NCBI GenBank assembly: GCA_963798485.1
Contig: CAWCTR010000003.1
Span: 1-32,281 of the forward strand
Direction: 5' to 3'
Length of the DNA stretch: 32,281 nucleotides
DNA from: an uncultured delta proteobacterium
Lineage (GTDB): Bacteria; Desulfobacterota; Desulfomonilia; UBA1062
This document shows positions 1 through 9,077 of this stretch, piece by piece. The position numbers and the translations under genes were made by a program. Under the pieces are notes generated by a model. That model searched no databases and was not told the DNA's origin. It saw nothing but the letters and a program-made list of their open reading frames with translations. How positions within the stretch are numbered: the first letter of the stretch is position 1; every line of letters starts with the position of its first letter.

Positions 1-222
1 ACCTGGCACATCATCTATGGTTTTAAATATTTTAGCAGCATATTGCCTTACAGTCAACGGTTGACGTTAAAGATTGAGATAGTCGAAAGCCTTTAGGCAG
101 CTTTCTCTTTGCAGATCCTTAAAGAATCATTTAATGTAAGATTGAAGGTGGATGCGAACCGTCACCACCCGATAAATGGAACTACCGAAGAATGTAATCC
201 ACTCTACACGCAGGAGGTATTC

Positions 223-741
223 ATGAAAAAAACAGTAGTATTTCTCATGGCAATGGTCTTTCTCCTCTGCATCGATGTACATGCTGAAGACCAATGGAAA
301 CTTGCTAAAGAGTCGGGTGGAATAAAGGTATACACAATGAAAGATCCTCAAGGTAAAGATTTTGCTATCTTTAAAGGAGTCTGCGATGTTGATGCTCCCT
401 GGGAGGTCGTTCTTGAGGTCCTTAAAGACCTCCCATCATACACCAAGTGGTTTCCAAACTGCAAGGAAAGCCGGTTGATCAAAAGGGATGAAAAAAATAA
501 TTCAGTCGTCTATTTGGTCATCAGCCCCGGCTGGCCTGTGGCGGACAGGGATGTGGTATTTTATACCTTAAATTATGATTCCCCGGAAAAAGTTGAACAT
601 ACCATCTCGCTCAACTACATCAAGGACTCTGACGGTATAGTGCCGCGGAATAAAGATTATGTCCGTATGTTGGATATCGGTGGGGGTTATGTTCTTACAA
701 GGATTAAAAAAAATGAAACAACCATGGCCTTAGATAGATAG
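223..741 (+). CDS. Secreted START/SRPBCC lipid-binding domain protein; C-terminus appears frameshifted (coding-like sequence continues to ~879)
   Basis: AGGAGG at 212-217 before ATG 223; signal-peptide-like N-terminus MKKTVVFLMAMVFLLC; START motifs WKL..ESGGIKVY, KWFPNCKE, PGWPVADRD. Out-of-frame downstream sequence reads like NFMAVDIPF..KDEYYKKAGVQK*. Confidence 0.75.
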   Translation: MKKTVVFLMAMVFLLCIDVHAEDQWKLAKESGGIKVYTMKDPQGKDFAIFKGVCDVDAPWEVVLEVLKDLPSYTKWFPNCKESRLIKRDEKNNSVVYLVISPGWPVADRDVVFYTLNYDSPEKVEHTISLNYIKDSDGIVPRNKDYVRMLDIGGGYVLTRIKKNETTMALDR

Positions 742-1934
742 AATCTGGAGGGAATATACATGTGTTTCGCTTGTAAATTTCATGGCTGTGGATATACCTT
801 TTTCAAATCACTGAAGGAATAGAGAGAGATGAGTGAGAAAAAGGATGAGTATTACAAAAAGGCTGGTGTTCAGAAATAAAACAAGATACTTGTTGTTCAC
901 TGAGAATTGTGAGGGAGACATGGTAGGTGTATTCGAGCCTGGCGGCAGTAGAGATTAGCCACGCGATCCGTGGTGTGAAAGAGTCGAACCTGAAAGGAGC
1001 ACACTGCATATTTGATCGTATCGTCGCAGCGGTTAGCTACTGAATTGATTGCAGAGTCTTCGCCACGATGCTGGCCGAGGAAAAGATTTGCACACCTGCA
1101 GATGTCGAATTGCTCCGGCGAAAGTGGGGAAAAATGTGATAAAGGAATTGTTTATGGGCTACAAAGATCACCGATAAGGACGGTTTAGCATCTCGGAGAT
1201 CCTTCGAGGAAAAATTGGAAAGCGAAGGAAAGATTTATCCATCTACCTTGATGACTCTGCAATAGAAGATCACGCCGCGAAAGCGCGGCAAGAGGTCATC
1301 TGGGGAGAGCTCGATTAGTGAACCGGTGTCAGTGGCTAATGGCAGTGGGGAAGCCCCTTGGGACTAGGTCTCAGGATCAGGTGCCAACCGCTTTGCAGCA
1401 CTTGATGGAGATAGCAGCGCGGGTGGTGGGCGTCGCAGGAAAAGTGGAGGAGCAAGGCCTAGGGCCGGTGGAGAGCCAGGAAGGCGAAGCAGAGTGAACC
1501 ACTGATGAGCTGTCGAAAAGTTAGAGAGCGTCATGGGAACGGGGCTACTTTATGGGTCCGGGACGAGTCTGGGGGAACCTGTTTACTGCCCAGATGGTGG
1601 CCGGCAGAAAGGTGGCGCGAGCCTTGGTAGGGGCTTTCATGCGGAACGTGGGAACCTGGCGCTCTGATGCTAAGGGACAAGTTGGAAATTGGGAGGAGCC
1701 CAGTGAAGACGAAAATTTTTCCGATGCAGAGCGCAGGGGCGGTTGCGTCCGTAGTAGTGGTGGATTTCCGGTAACCGGGATGGAGCGAAGGGGCTGAGCT
1801 GTCCGACCTTGTGCATTGTGAGTCAACCAGCAATGGGAGGAGCTTATGGATAAGGTAAAGTCGTCATGTTCTTTATTGATGACTGGACGGCAGGAGCCGG
1901 ATCGGTGAGAGTCTCACGTCCGGTTCTGTGAGGG

Positions 1935-3908
1935 TTGCGCCTTGAAGCGTGGAATACAGTGGTCTGAAATGACCACCTTGGTAAAGCCTAGCCAGCAGCA
2001 GGAGTACCAGTCTTGCGTGGTGAGCGGTAACAATCACTGCGGAAGACGTAGACAGGAAGGTGCGATGGCCGGAATCGAAAGATGAAGAGGATAATTAGCC
2101 CCGAAATCGAACGTGTTTGAAGCAGTCGACCTTATCTCTCTATGGGGAAAACAACAATCTAGTCAGTAGCTGATGGCCAAGACGTCGATTGCTTCCGGGG
2201 GTCTCGACACCCTCCCCGGCGTGCTCCAAAGGATTCCAAGTGAACAAGGGAGATCCGGCAAACTCCGGCGGAGCCTGTAGGAACAAACAAGCCTACAGAG
2301 ACGGAGATCTGCGAGACGGTTTGTCGGAAGTCGGACTGGCTCATAAGTATACGAGACGGGAGAGCCTGTTACAAGGGGAAGCGGCAAGCGGGATTCGAGT
2401 ACTTCTAAGGAAACATGAGCTCCATACAAAGGGAGGATACGAGCCTAATGCAAAGTGGTAGACTCAGTCATGGGAACGGGATTAGAAGGGATAGCAGCAA
2501 AAGACTTAGAAGGAACGAACTTCAAGTTCACGACGCTCTGCCATCATGTCACCCGAGGAGAGTTTGATCTGGAAGAGTCTGAATAGCATTCCTAAACAAT
2601 CGGCACGGGAGTGGATGGTATGAGCGTGGAGACGAAGAAGACATTCGATGCATGGATGACAATGCTGCATAGTCAGTACACCGAAAAGCCTCCATCCACC
2701 ACCGGTAAGGCGGGGTTTGGATACCCAAGCCTTTCGGGAAGACCTGCAAGAGGCCTATAGGCGTACCTTGTATGGCGGACCGAGCACTGCAAAGAAGTGT
2801 TTCGGTGGTTCTGTCAAGTATTTATGAACAGGACTTTCTGCCGTGCTCATTTGAAGGTCCGAGGACCGGAACTTCGATGCCCGTAGCCATTTGCCTATCC
2901 ACACTCAATGAAATCATAGCGGGCAAGAAGGTGGTTCGGGTACTAGAAACAAGTGTAGAAGAACTTCTTCGGTAGTTTGAACCATGGATGGATAAGAACG
3001 GTTTGTTGAACATAGGAGTCGGAGACCCGAGGTTTATAAGCTTGATAAGGCGATGGTTAAAGGCTGGCGTTCCTGGAAGAGGGCGAGGTGAAACCGGTTG
3101 AAGAGGAGACTGCCAAGAAGGGGGGTGCCATCAGTGTACTGCTGAGCAATATATGTACTCCATACGTTTGGATCTTTGGTTGAAAGGGTGATCGAACCAA
3201 TGAAGAAGGGAGAAGCCTATCTGGTAAGGTATATAGATGATTTGTCGTATGCTTTCAGCTGCAGGTCGGATGCGATCTACTTTCCAAAAGGTACTGGTAG
3301 AAAGACTTGAGAAGTTTAGCTTGGAATTGAGACCTTGAGAAGACCCGGTTAGTGAAGTCCGGGCGCTTTGCCAACGCAAGACAAGGAAAAGGGTAAGAGC
3401 CTGGAGTTATATACTTTCTGGGGACTTACCCATTACTGTACCCGCAACCGCAGAGGGCAACTTTATGGTGGGTCGCAAGATAGGAAAAAGTCTCGATTCC
3501 GGCGGAGTGTTCAAAATTTGCCAGGCACTGATGCGGGAAATCAGGCACTATTCCTTGGGAGAACAACTGAGAAAATCAACCAAGTGCTGGAGGAGCCACT
3601 ATGCTCTATGGGTGTGCAGGTGGGAACGTTAAATCATTGTTCAAGATTTACCGTATTGCCGAAAAGTGTCTGGCGTAAGATGCCAGTAGCCGGAGCCAGG
3701 AGAAGAGCTGCATGACCTGGGATAGGGTGTTGCTACTTGCTGAGCCAGGTCTTCCGTTACAGCAGCCCAAGCTTTCTGTACCCTTCGGGAGGATGAAAGC
3801 ACTCGCTGTGCTGTGAAACAAATTTGTGGAGCCGCGTAGTGCGGGAAATGCAGACACTACGTTCTGTGGGGGTTGGGGCTGCCAATTTGCAGCCCCTTTC
3901 TACCCGGC
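1935..3908 (+). mobile_element. Inner group II intron (IIB, class E-like), RT-encoding
   Basis: Begins TTGCG at 1935; DI motifs (cttgcgtggtgagcggtaacaatcactgc..cgtagacagg, ccccgaaa, gtcgac..gaaaacaac, gaacaagggagatcc); degenerate DV at ~3829-3864; DVI hairpin ggggctgc..gcagcccc; 3' end ctacccggc. Confidence 0.8.
2470..3816 (+). pseudogene. Group II intron reverse transcriptase/maturase, multiply frameshifted; no endonuclease domain evident
   Basis: Fragments in different frames: MGTGLEGIAAK, FTTLCHHV, PPPVRRVWIPKP, RPIGVPCMADRALQRSV..LSSIYEQDFLPCSF, LIRRWLKAGV, RYIDD (3227-3241), GLTHYCTRNR, PLQQPKLSVPFGRMKALAVL*. Confidence 0.85.
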
Positions 3909-4134
3909 CCTGGGGGTGAGATTCCCCGGGCTACTCGACTCTCATTAAGCTCCATTTCCATTGTGACCCTGTTTTATATTTTACCAAACCCCGTTTGACC
4001 ATATTCAATGACTTAGAAATGACACTCCCTTAGATTGAACGGAATCATGGTGAAAGATGATGCATAAGGATTATGGGGAGTAGGGGTATCCATGATAAGG
4101 AAAGTCACGGAGAAAACAGAGATTTACCTTTCAT

Positions 4135-4169
4135 CTGGATTCCGGCCCCTGGATTCTGTATTCTGTCGC
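4135..4169. repeat. Degenerate 7-nt tandem repeat (ctggatt-like)
   Basis: ctggatt ccggccc ctggatt ctgtatt ctgtcgc. Confidence 0.45.
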
Positions 4170-4170
4170 T

Positions 4171-4842
4171 ATGAACCACTTTGAGAATAAGTATCAGGCC
4201 GTGATCTTCGACATGGACGGCACCTTGCTCGACACCATTGAGGACATTGCCGACTCCATGAACGCGGTATTAAATAGTCTCGGATTTCCTGTACATCCGG
4301 TAAGCAGTTATCGGGCGTTCGTGGGGGACGGGATAGAGGTCCTGGCCGAGAGGTCGCTGCCTGAGGGGCAACGCACCGCCCATACCATTGCCCGGAGTGT
4401 GGATCTCATGAAGGAGGAATACAACGTTCGGTGGTCTGTCAAATCAAGGCCTTTTCCCGGTATCCCCGAATTGCTCGATGGCCTGACGGAAAGGGGCATG
4501 GCGCTCTCCATCCTTTCCAACAAGCTCGATTCATTTACCAAGGCTATGGCCGCCTCATTGCTGCCCTACTGGAAATTTGCCGAAGTAAGGGGTCTTTCCC
4601 CGGATATCCCTAGAAAGCCCGATCCGACCGGTGCCCGTATTTGTGCGGACCGTATGGGAGCAGACCCGCGGCACTGCATCTTTGTAGGCGACAGCGATAT
4701 CGACATGGAGACTGCCGGCAGGGCCGGTATGGCAGCGTTCGGCGCCTTATGGGGTTACCAGGATAAGCAACAGTTGATAAATAACGGTGCAAGGATTCTC
4801 CTGGATGATCCAAGGGACCTGCTCGGGTATCTCTGCAAATAA
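4171..4842 (+). CDS. HAD-family hydrolase (phosphoglycolate phosphatase-like)
   Basis: Motif I FDMDGTLLDT, motif II LSNK, KPDP, motif IV VGDSDIDM. Confidence 0.9.
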   Translation: MNHFENKYQAVIFDMDGTLLDTIEDIADSMNAVLNSLGFPVHPVSSYRAFVGDGIEVLAERSLPEGQRTAHTIARSVDLMKEEYNVRWSVKSRPFPGIPELLDGLTERGMALSILSNKLDSFTKAMAASLLPYWKFAEVRGLSPDIPRKPDPTGARICADRMGADPRHCIFVGDSDIDMETAGRAGMAAFGALWGYQDKQQLINNGARILLDDPRDLLGYLCK

Positions 4843-4940
4843 TTCCTATCTCTTATGAATAATTTGCCATTGACCGGCAACTTCCCCATCCGGTAGAGAA
4901 GTCCATTGACAGGGCCGGTAGGGCTTAACATAAAAAGGTC

Positions 4941-5519
4941 ATGATGGAGGTATTCTTGAGTGCATTTCTTAAAAAAGATGAATGTTTTCTCATTGTAGTA
5001 GACATCCAGGAGAGGCTCCATGCCGCCATGGAAGACCAACTCAAGGAAACCTATGTTAAGAATAGTGTGATCCTCATAGAGACGGCCAAGTCATGTCAGA
5101 TCCCGATTATTGTGTCCGAGCAATACCCCAAGGGGCTGGGACCGACCATAGCTGATGCGGCAGGACACCTTGAGGGCATACGCAGGCATGAGAAGCTCTT
5201 CTTCAGCTGCTATAGGGATGAGGGGATAAAGAAGGCCATTAAATCAACAGGCAGGAAGACGGCTGTCATTATCGGCATTGAGACGCATGTGTGTGTCATG
5301 CAGACCGCGATTGACCTTTTTAATGACGGCTATTGCGTTGTTATTGCCGGTGATGCTGTCTGCTCCAGAAGGGCGCATGACAGGGGGACCTCGCTCGATG
5401 CCATGGTGCGTCTCGGGGTGCTCGTATATCCCACCGAGACAATCGCCTTCATGTTTATGGAAAAGGCCGGAACGGATTTATTCAAAAAATTGTCAGTTCT
5501 TTTCAAGTTACAGCATTAA
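4941..5519 (+). CDS. Isochorismatase-family cysteine hydrolase
   Basis: VVDIQERL, SEQYPKGLGPT, EKLFFSC, GIETHVCVMQTA, DAVCSR. Confidence 0.88.
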   Translation: MMEVFLSAFLKKDECFLIVVDIQERLHAAMEDQLKETYVKNSVILIETAKSCQIPIIVSEQYPKGLGPTIADAAGHLEGIRRHEKLFFSCYRDEGIKKAIKSTGRKTAVIIGIETHVCVMQTAIDLFNDGYCVVIAGDAVCSRRAHDRGTSLDAMVRLGVLVYPTETIAFMFMEKAGTDLFKKLSVLFKLQH

Positions 5520-5562
5520 GCCCTTGAAACCATGATTCTTGTATGGTAAATGGCTCAACCAG

Positions 5563-5648
5563 CACACACGCCCCGTAGTATAACAAGGTCTGAGGTGTCC
5601 TTGCAAACCAAGGATCAGCCTTGTAGGGCGGAGGAAAAACCAAGGAGG
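5563..5648 (+). promoter_or_regulatory. Putative rpsB 5' leader (structured autoregulatory RNA) and RBS
   Basis: cacacacg start, nested stems acaaggtctga/tcagccttgt and ccttg/caagg, then gcggagg and AGGAGG before rpsB; resembles known rpsB leaders. Confidence 0.5.
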
Positions 5649-5654
5649 TAGTAC

Positions 5655-6545
5655 ATGTCAGTCGTCACCATGAAACAGCTGCTCGAGGCTGGTGTTCATT
5701 TCGGTCATCAGACACCGAGGTGGAATCCAAAGATGAAACCCTACATTTTCGGTTCACGTAACGGCATCCATATCATCGATCTCCAGAAGACCGAAAAGCT
5801 CTTCGAAAAGGCATGCGATGTTATCCGTGAAACAGCTGCCAACGGCGGCAAGGTCTTGTTCGTAGGCACCAAGAAACAGGCACAGGACGCCATCGAGGAA
5901 GAATCCCAGAGGGTAGGGGCCTTTTACGTGAATTACCGCTGGCTCGGCGGCACACTCACAAATTTCACCACCATCCGCAAGAGCGTGGACAAGCTCAAGT
6001 GGCTTGAATCAATCATCGATAACAGCAATATCGAGAACTATCCCAAGAAGGAACAGATCATGATGAAGCGCCACAAGATGAAGCTGGAGCGCTCGCTCCA
6101 TGGGATAAAGGATTTGGGCGGTCTTCCTGATGTCCTTTTCATTGTTGACCCCTCTCGTGAGTATATAGCGGTCCGGGAGGCCAAGAAGCTGAAGATACCC
6201 ATAGTCGCCATTGTAGATACCAACTGCGATCCCACGCTCATCGACTATGTCATTCCCGGTAATGACGATGCCATAAGGGCTATCAGGCTGTTTACCTCCA
6301 AGATAGCGGATGCAGTGGATCAGGGCGGCCAGCTCTGGCAGGAAAAGCTGGCCACCGAGGTAAAAGAGGCCACGGCCGATGAGAAGGTCCAGACCAAGCA
6401 GAAGGCTGCTTCCACCGAGGTTATGGGCAAGGGGCTTGAGCATGAGATCGAGATCATCGTTAAAGACAGCAAGCCGGCGAAGGTAAAAGATGCTGAGATA
6501 ACGGCAGAGTCCGTGAACCCCACCGGCGAGGAAGAATCAGCATAG
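5655..6545 (+). CDS. rpsB: 30S ribosomal protein S2
   Basis: [53 protein letters not shown]. Confidence 0.99.
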   Translation: MSVVTMKQLLEAGVHFGHQTPRWNPKMKPYIFGSRNGIHIIDLQKTEKLFEKACDVIRETAANGGKVLFVGTKKQAQDAIEEESQRVGAFYVNYRWLGGTLTNFTTIRKSVDKLKWLESIIDNSNIENYPKKEQIMMKRHKMKLERSLHGIKDLGGLPDVLFIVDPSREYIAVREAKKLKIPIVAIVDTNCDPTLIDYVIPGNDDAIRAIRLFTSKIADAVDQGGQLWQEKLATEVKEATADEKVQTKQKAASTEVMGKGLEHEIEIIVKDSKPAKVKDAEITAESVNPTGEEESA

Positions 6546-6566
6546 AAACGTTGTTGGAGGTAGAGA

Positions 6567-7166
6567 GTGCAGATAACATCGGATGTGGTAAAAAAACTCA
6601 GAGATAAGACCGGCGTCGGCATGATGGACTGTAAGAAGGCCCTTGAAGAGACGAATGGGGATTTTGAAAAGGCAGTGGAGGCCCTCAGGAAGAAAGGCAT
6701 TGATGTTGCCAACAAACGCTCCGGCAGGCAAGCCGGCCAGGGTACGGTGGCTGCATACATCCATATGGGCGGGAAGATCGGCGTGCTTGTAGAGGTGAAC
6801 TGCGAGAGTGATTTTGTTGCAAAGTCGGATGACTTCAACAACTTCGTCAAAGACGTTTCCATGCAGATCGCTGCTGCAAACCCCGAGTGGGTTACCAGGG
6901 ATGAAGTGCCGCAACAGGTCCTTGATAAAGAAAAAGAAATCCTCAAAGATCAGGCGCTCAAGACAGGCAAGCCCGAGAAGGTGATAGAGAAGATCGTAGA
7001 AGGCAAGCTCACCAAATTCTACTCCGAGCGTTGTCTTATAGACCAGCCTTTTGTGAAGGATCAGGACAGGACCATAAAGCAACTCTTGGATGAATTAATG
7101 GCAAAAACCGGAGAAAAGTGCCTGGTAAGACGATTCGTTCGGTATCAGGTGGGTGAAGATATCTGA
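6567..7166 (+). CDS. tsf: Translation elongation factor Ts (short form)
   Basis: VKKLRDKTGVGMMDCKKAL, VEVNCESDFVAK; GTG start with GGAGG; follows rpsB. Confidence 0.98.
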   Translation: MQITSDVVKKLRDKTGVGMMDCKKALEETNGDFEKAVEALRKKGIDVANKRSGRQAGQGTVAAYIHMGGKIGVLVEVNCESDFVAKSDDFNNFVKDVSMQIAAANPEWVTRDEVPQQVLDKEKEILKDQALKTGKPEKVIEKIVEGKLTKFYSERCLIDQPFVKDQDRTIKQLLDELMAKTGEKCLVRRFVRYQVGEDI

Positions 7167-7896
7167 CGAGAGGGTCCCCTTGCATTATAAACGAATACTG
7201 CTCAAGGTTAGCGGAGAGGCCCTCGCCGGAGGCAAGGGTTTCGGCATTGATGATGCGACATTAAAAGGCTTTGTTGCATTGGTGAACGCAGCTATTGATG
7301 CCGGGGCACAAGTCGGCCTTGTTATCGGCGGGGGAAACATGTTCAGGGGGATAAGCGCCACATCCGTGATCGACCGGGTCAGCGCCGATCACATGGGCAT
7401 GCTTGCTACCGTGATCAACGCCCTGGCCTTAAAGAGCGCACTTATTGCCCAGGGTTGCCAGTGCAGGATCATGAGCGCTATCCACATACCCTCCATGGCT
7501 GAACCCGTTGTAAGCGAGAGGGCGATCCGTCATCTTGAGAAGGGAAGGGTTGTAATCTTTGCAGGTGGAACCGGCAGTCCATTTTTCACTACCGATACCA
7601 CGGCGGCATTGAGGGCACTTGAGATCAGGGCTGATGTACTCATAAAGGCCACGAAGGTAAACGGCATTTATGATAAAGACCCCATGAAACATAAAGATGC
7701 CCGGTTTTTCAAAGAGCTGGACTTTGATATGGTCCTTAAGATGAACCTTGGCGTCATGGATGCATCTGCGATTTCCCTGTGCCGTGAAAACGGGCTTGAA
7801 GTGAGGGTAATCAATATTTTTGAGCATGAAAGCTTGTCAAGACTCCTGAAAGGAGAGGAGATCGGATCAGTCGTCAGAGCGAGGAGGGATAATTAA
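7153..7896 (+). CDS. pyrH: UMP kinase
   Basis: YKRILLKVSGEAL, GGGNMFRG, DHMGMLATVIN, GTGSPFFTTDT. Confidence 0.98.
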   Translation: MKISDERVPLHYKRILLKVSGEALAGGKGFGIDDATLKGFVALVNAAIDAGAQVGLVIGGGNMFRGISATSVIDRVSADHMGMLATVINALALKSALIAQGCQCRIMSAIHIPSMAEPVVSERAIRHLEKGRVVIFAGGTGSPFFTTDTTAALRALEIRADVLIKATKVNGIYDKDPMKHKDARFFKELDFDMVLKMNLGVMDASAISLCRENGLEVRVINIFEHESLSRLLKGEEIGSVVRARRDN

Positions 7897-8453
7897 TGGT
7901 TGATGAGATCCTCAATGACATGAAGCACGGCATGAACAAGACCGTGGATTCCATGAAGGGTTCACTTCAAAAGGTTCGCACAGGCCGGGCATCCATCGGC
8001 ATCTTAGACGGCATTATGGTGGATTACTACGGCACACCCACCCCCATGAGTCAACTCGCAACCATGGCTGTACCGGAGGCGCGTCTCATCACCATACAGC
8101 CCTGGGACAAAGGCGCCTTGGCACCTATCGAGAAGGCAATAATGAAATCCGAACTTGGTCTTACCCCTAACAACGACGGGAGAATCATCCGTGTCCCCAT
8201 CCCCCCTCTGAACGAAGAGAGGCGAAGGGATCTTGTAAAAATGATAAAGAAAACAGCCGAAGAATTTCGTGTAGAGGCCCGCAACCATCGTCGTGATGCC
8301 AATACCCTTTTAAAAGACCTTGAGAAGGAAAAAGAGATCAACAAAGACGAGCTCAAGGTTGCCCAGGACAAGGTGCAGGACCTCACCGACAACTGCATCA
8401 AACTCATTGATGAACAGCTTGCAATAAAAGAAAAAGAGATTATGGAAGTATGA
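7896..8453 (+). CDS. frr: Ribosome recycling factor
   Basis: RTGRAS, VDYYGTPTP, PPLNEERR, RNHRRDAN; rpsB-tsf-pyrH-frr synteny. Confidence 0.98.
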   Translation: MVDEILNDMKHGMNKTVDSMKGSLQKVRTGRASIGILDGIMVDYYGTPTPMSQLATMAVPEARLITIQPWDKGALAPIEKAIMKSELGLTPNNDGRIIRVPIPPLNEERRRDLVKMIKKTAEEFRVEARNHRRDANTLLKDLEKEKEINKDELKVAQDKVQDLTDNCIKLIDEQLAIKEKEIMEV

Positions 8454-8559
8454 TGGTTATACGTAAAGGCATATTATTTTATAGGTATAAGACAGGCGTT
8501 GAGCCTGGTAATGATTTATACGAAGATATCTTGATTGGAAAGAACGAGGAGGTGCATCT

Positions 8560-9057
8560 ATGATGCGCGCAAAAGAGGAAAAGGTTTCTTCACGGTTTAT
8601 GATGTACTTTAAGCCAAACAACTTGAGTGAGCTCAGGGTCATCTCCCGGATGCTGAACATCGCTATGGTCGATTTTGTAGGCGCTGCCCTTGATGCTTAT
8701 ATCTTCAAAAAAGAAAGTGAGTTGGATGGGAAAGTACCTTTGCGTCAAAAGAGAAGATATGTAGGCCCAAGGAACGATACATCCGAGAAGCGGATACGCT
8801 ATGTCATGCGTTTGGACAAGAACCTGGTGGAAAGGCTCAGAGACATCGCGTCTTTTGACAACCGCAGGTTCACCCATGTCTGCGATGATGCCGTTGCCAA
8901 CTTTATCCTGTTCACAAAGCAGGCAAAGAGTTTTAAGAATATCTGGACGGCAAGGTCAGATGTTGAGGCGGTGAGAGGAAGGAAGAGCGTCAAGTCCAAT
9001 GAGGAGATAGCAGGCCTCTTGAATGCGTATAAGAATAAGGTCCCGTCAATAGGCTGA
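8560..9057 (+). CDS. Hypothetical protein with two tandem ribbon-helix-helix-like repeats
   Basis: GGAGG RBS; repeats RFMMYFKPNNLSELRVISRMLNIAMVDFVGAALDAYI and RYVMRLDKNLVERLRDIASFDNRRFTHVCDDAVANFI. Confidence 0.6.
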   Translation: MMRAKEEKVSSRFMMYFKPNNLSELRVISRMLNIAMVDFVGAALDAYIFKKESELDGKVPLRQKRRYVGPRNDTSEKRIRYVMRLDKNLVERLRDIASFDNRRFTHVCDDAVANFILFTKQAKSFKNIWTARSDVEAVRGRKSVKSNEEIAGLLNAYKNKVPSIG

Positions 9058-9077
9058 TCATACAGTGGACTTCGGCG

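Larger units (their letters stand above)
1283..3939 (+). mobile_element. Outer (host) group II intron, ORF-less, class D-like; interrupted at 1934/3909 by a second intron
   Basis: Domain I-III motifs typical of RmInt1-like introns (gtgaacc..gtcg, ggctttcatgcggaac, tgatgctaaggga, gatgcag..ggggcgg..ccgtagtag, ccggtaaccggga.ggagcgaagggg); DV 1893-1926 (ggagccgga..gtgaga gtctcacgtccggttc); DVI and 3' end 3909-3939 (cctgggggtgagattccccgggctactcgac). The 5' end is approximate (gcgcg at 1283). Confidence 0.8.

Noticed and set aside
53-200. GTCAAC-G-GTTGAC palindrome and hairpins as a riboswitch
   Set aside because: No riboswitch consensus recognised; at most an operator overlapping a -35 box
109-222. 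Upstream ORF-track starts (109, also 10681, 12051, 24479, 28021)
   Set aside because: Downstream ATGs fit the RBS, signal peptide or family N-terminus better
1531-2461. Short ORFs on both strands in the ORF track
   Set aside because: They overlap structured intron RNA domains and show no protein motifs
2470-3816. RT as a retron, DGR or defence RT
   Set aside because: It is embedded in group II ribozyme domains and has a maturase-like C-terminus
6330-7166. RpsB C-terminal extension and short EF-Ts as novelties
   Set aside because: Both are known variants in several bacterial lineages
6009-8407. Long antisense ORFs over rpsB-frr, and similar ones over GH13, glmM and guaA
   Set aside because: Shadow frames of well-supported genes
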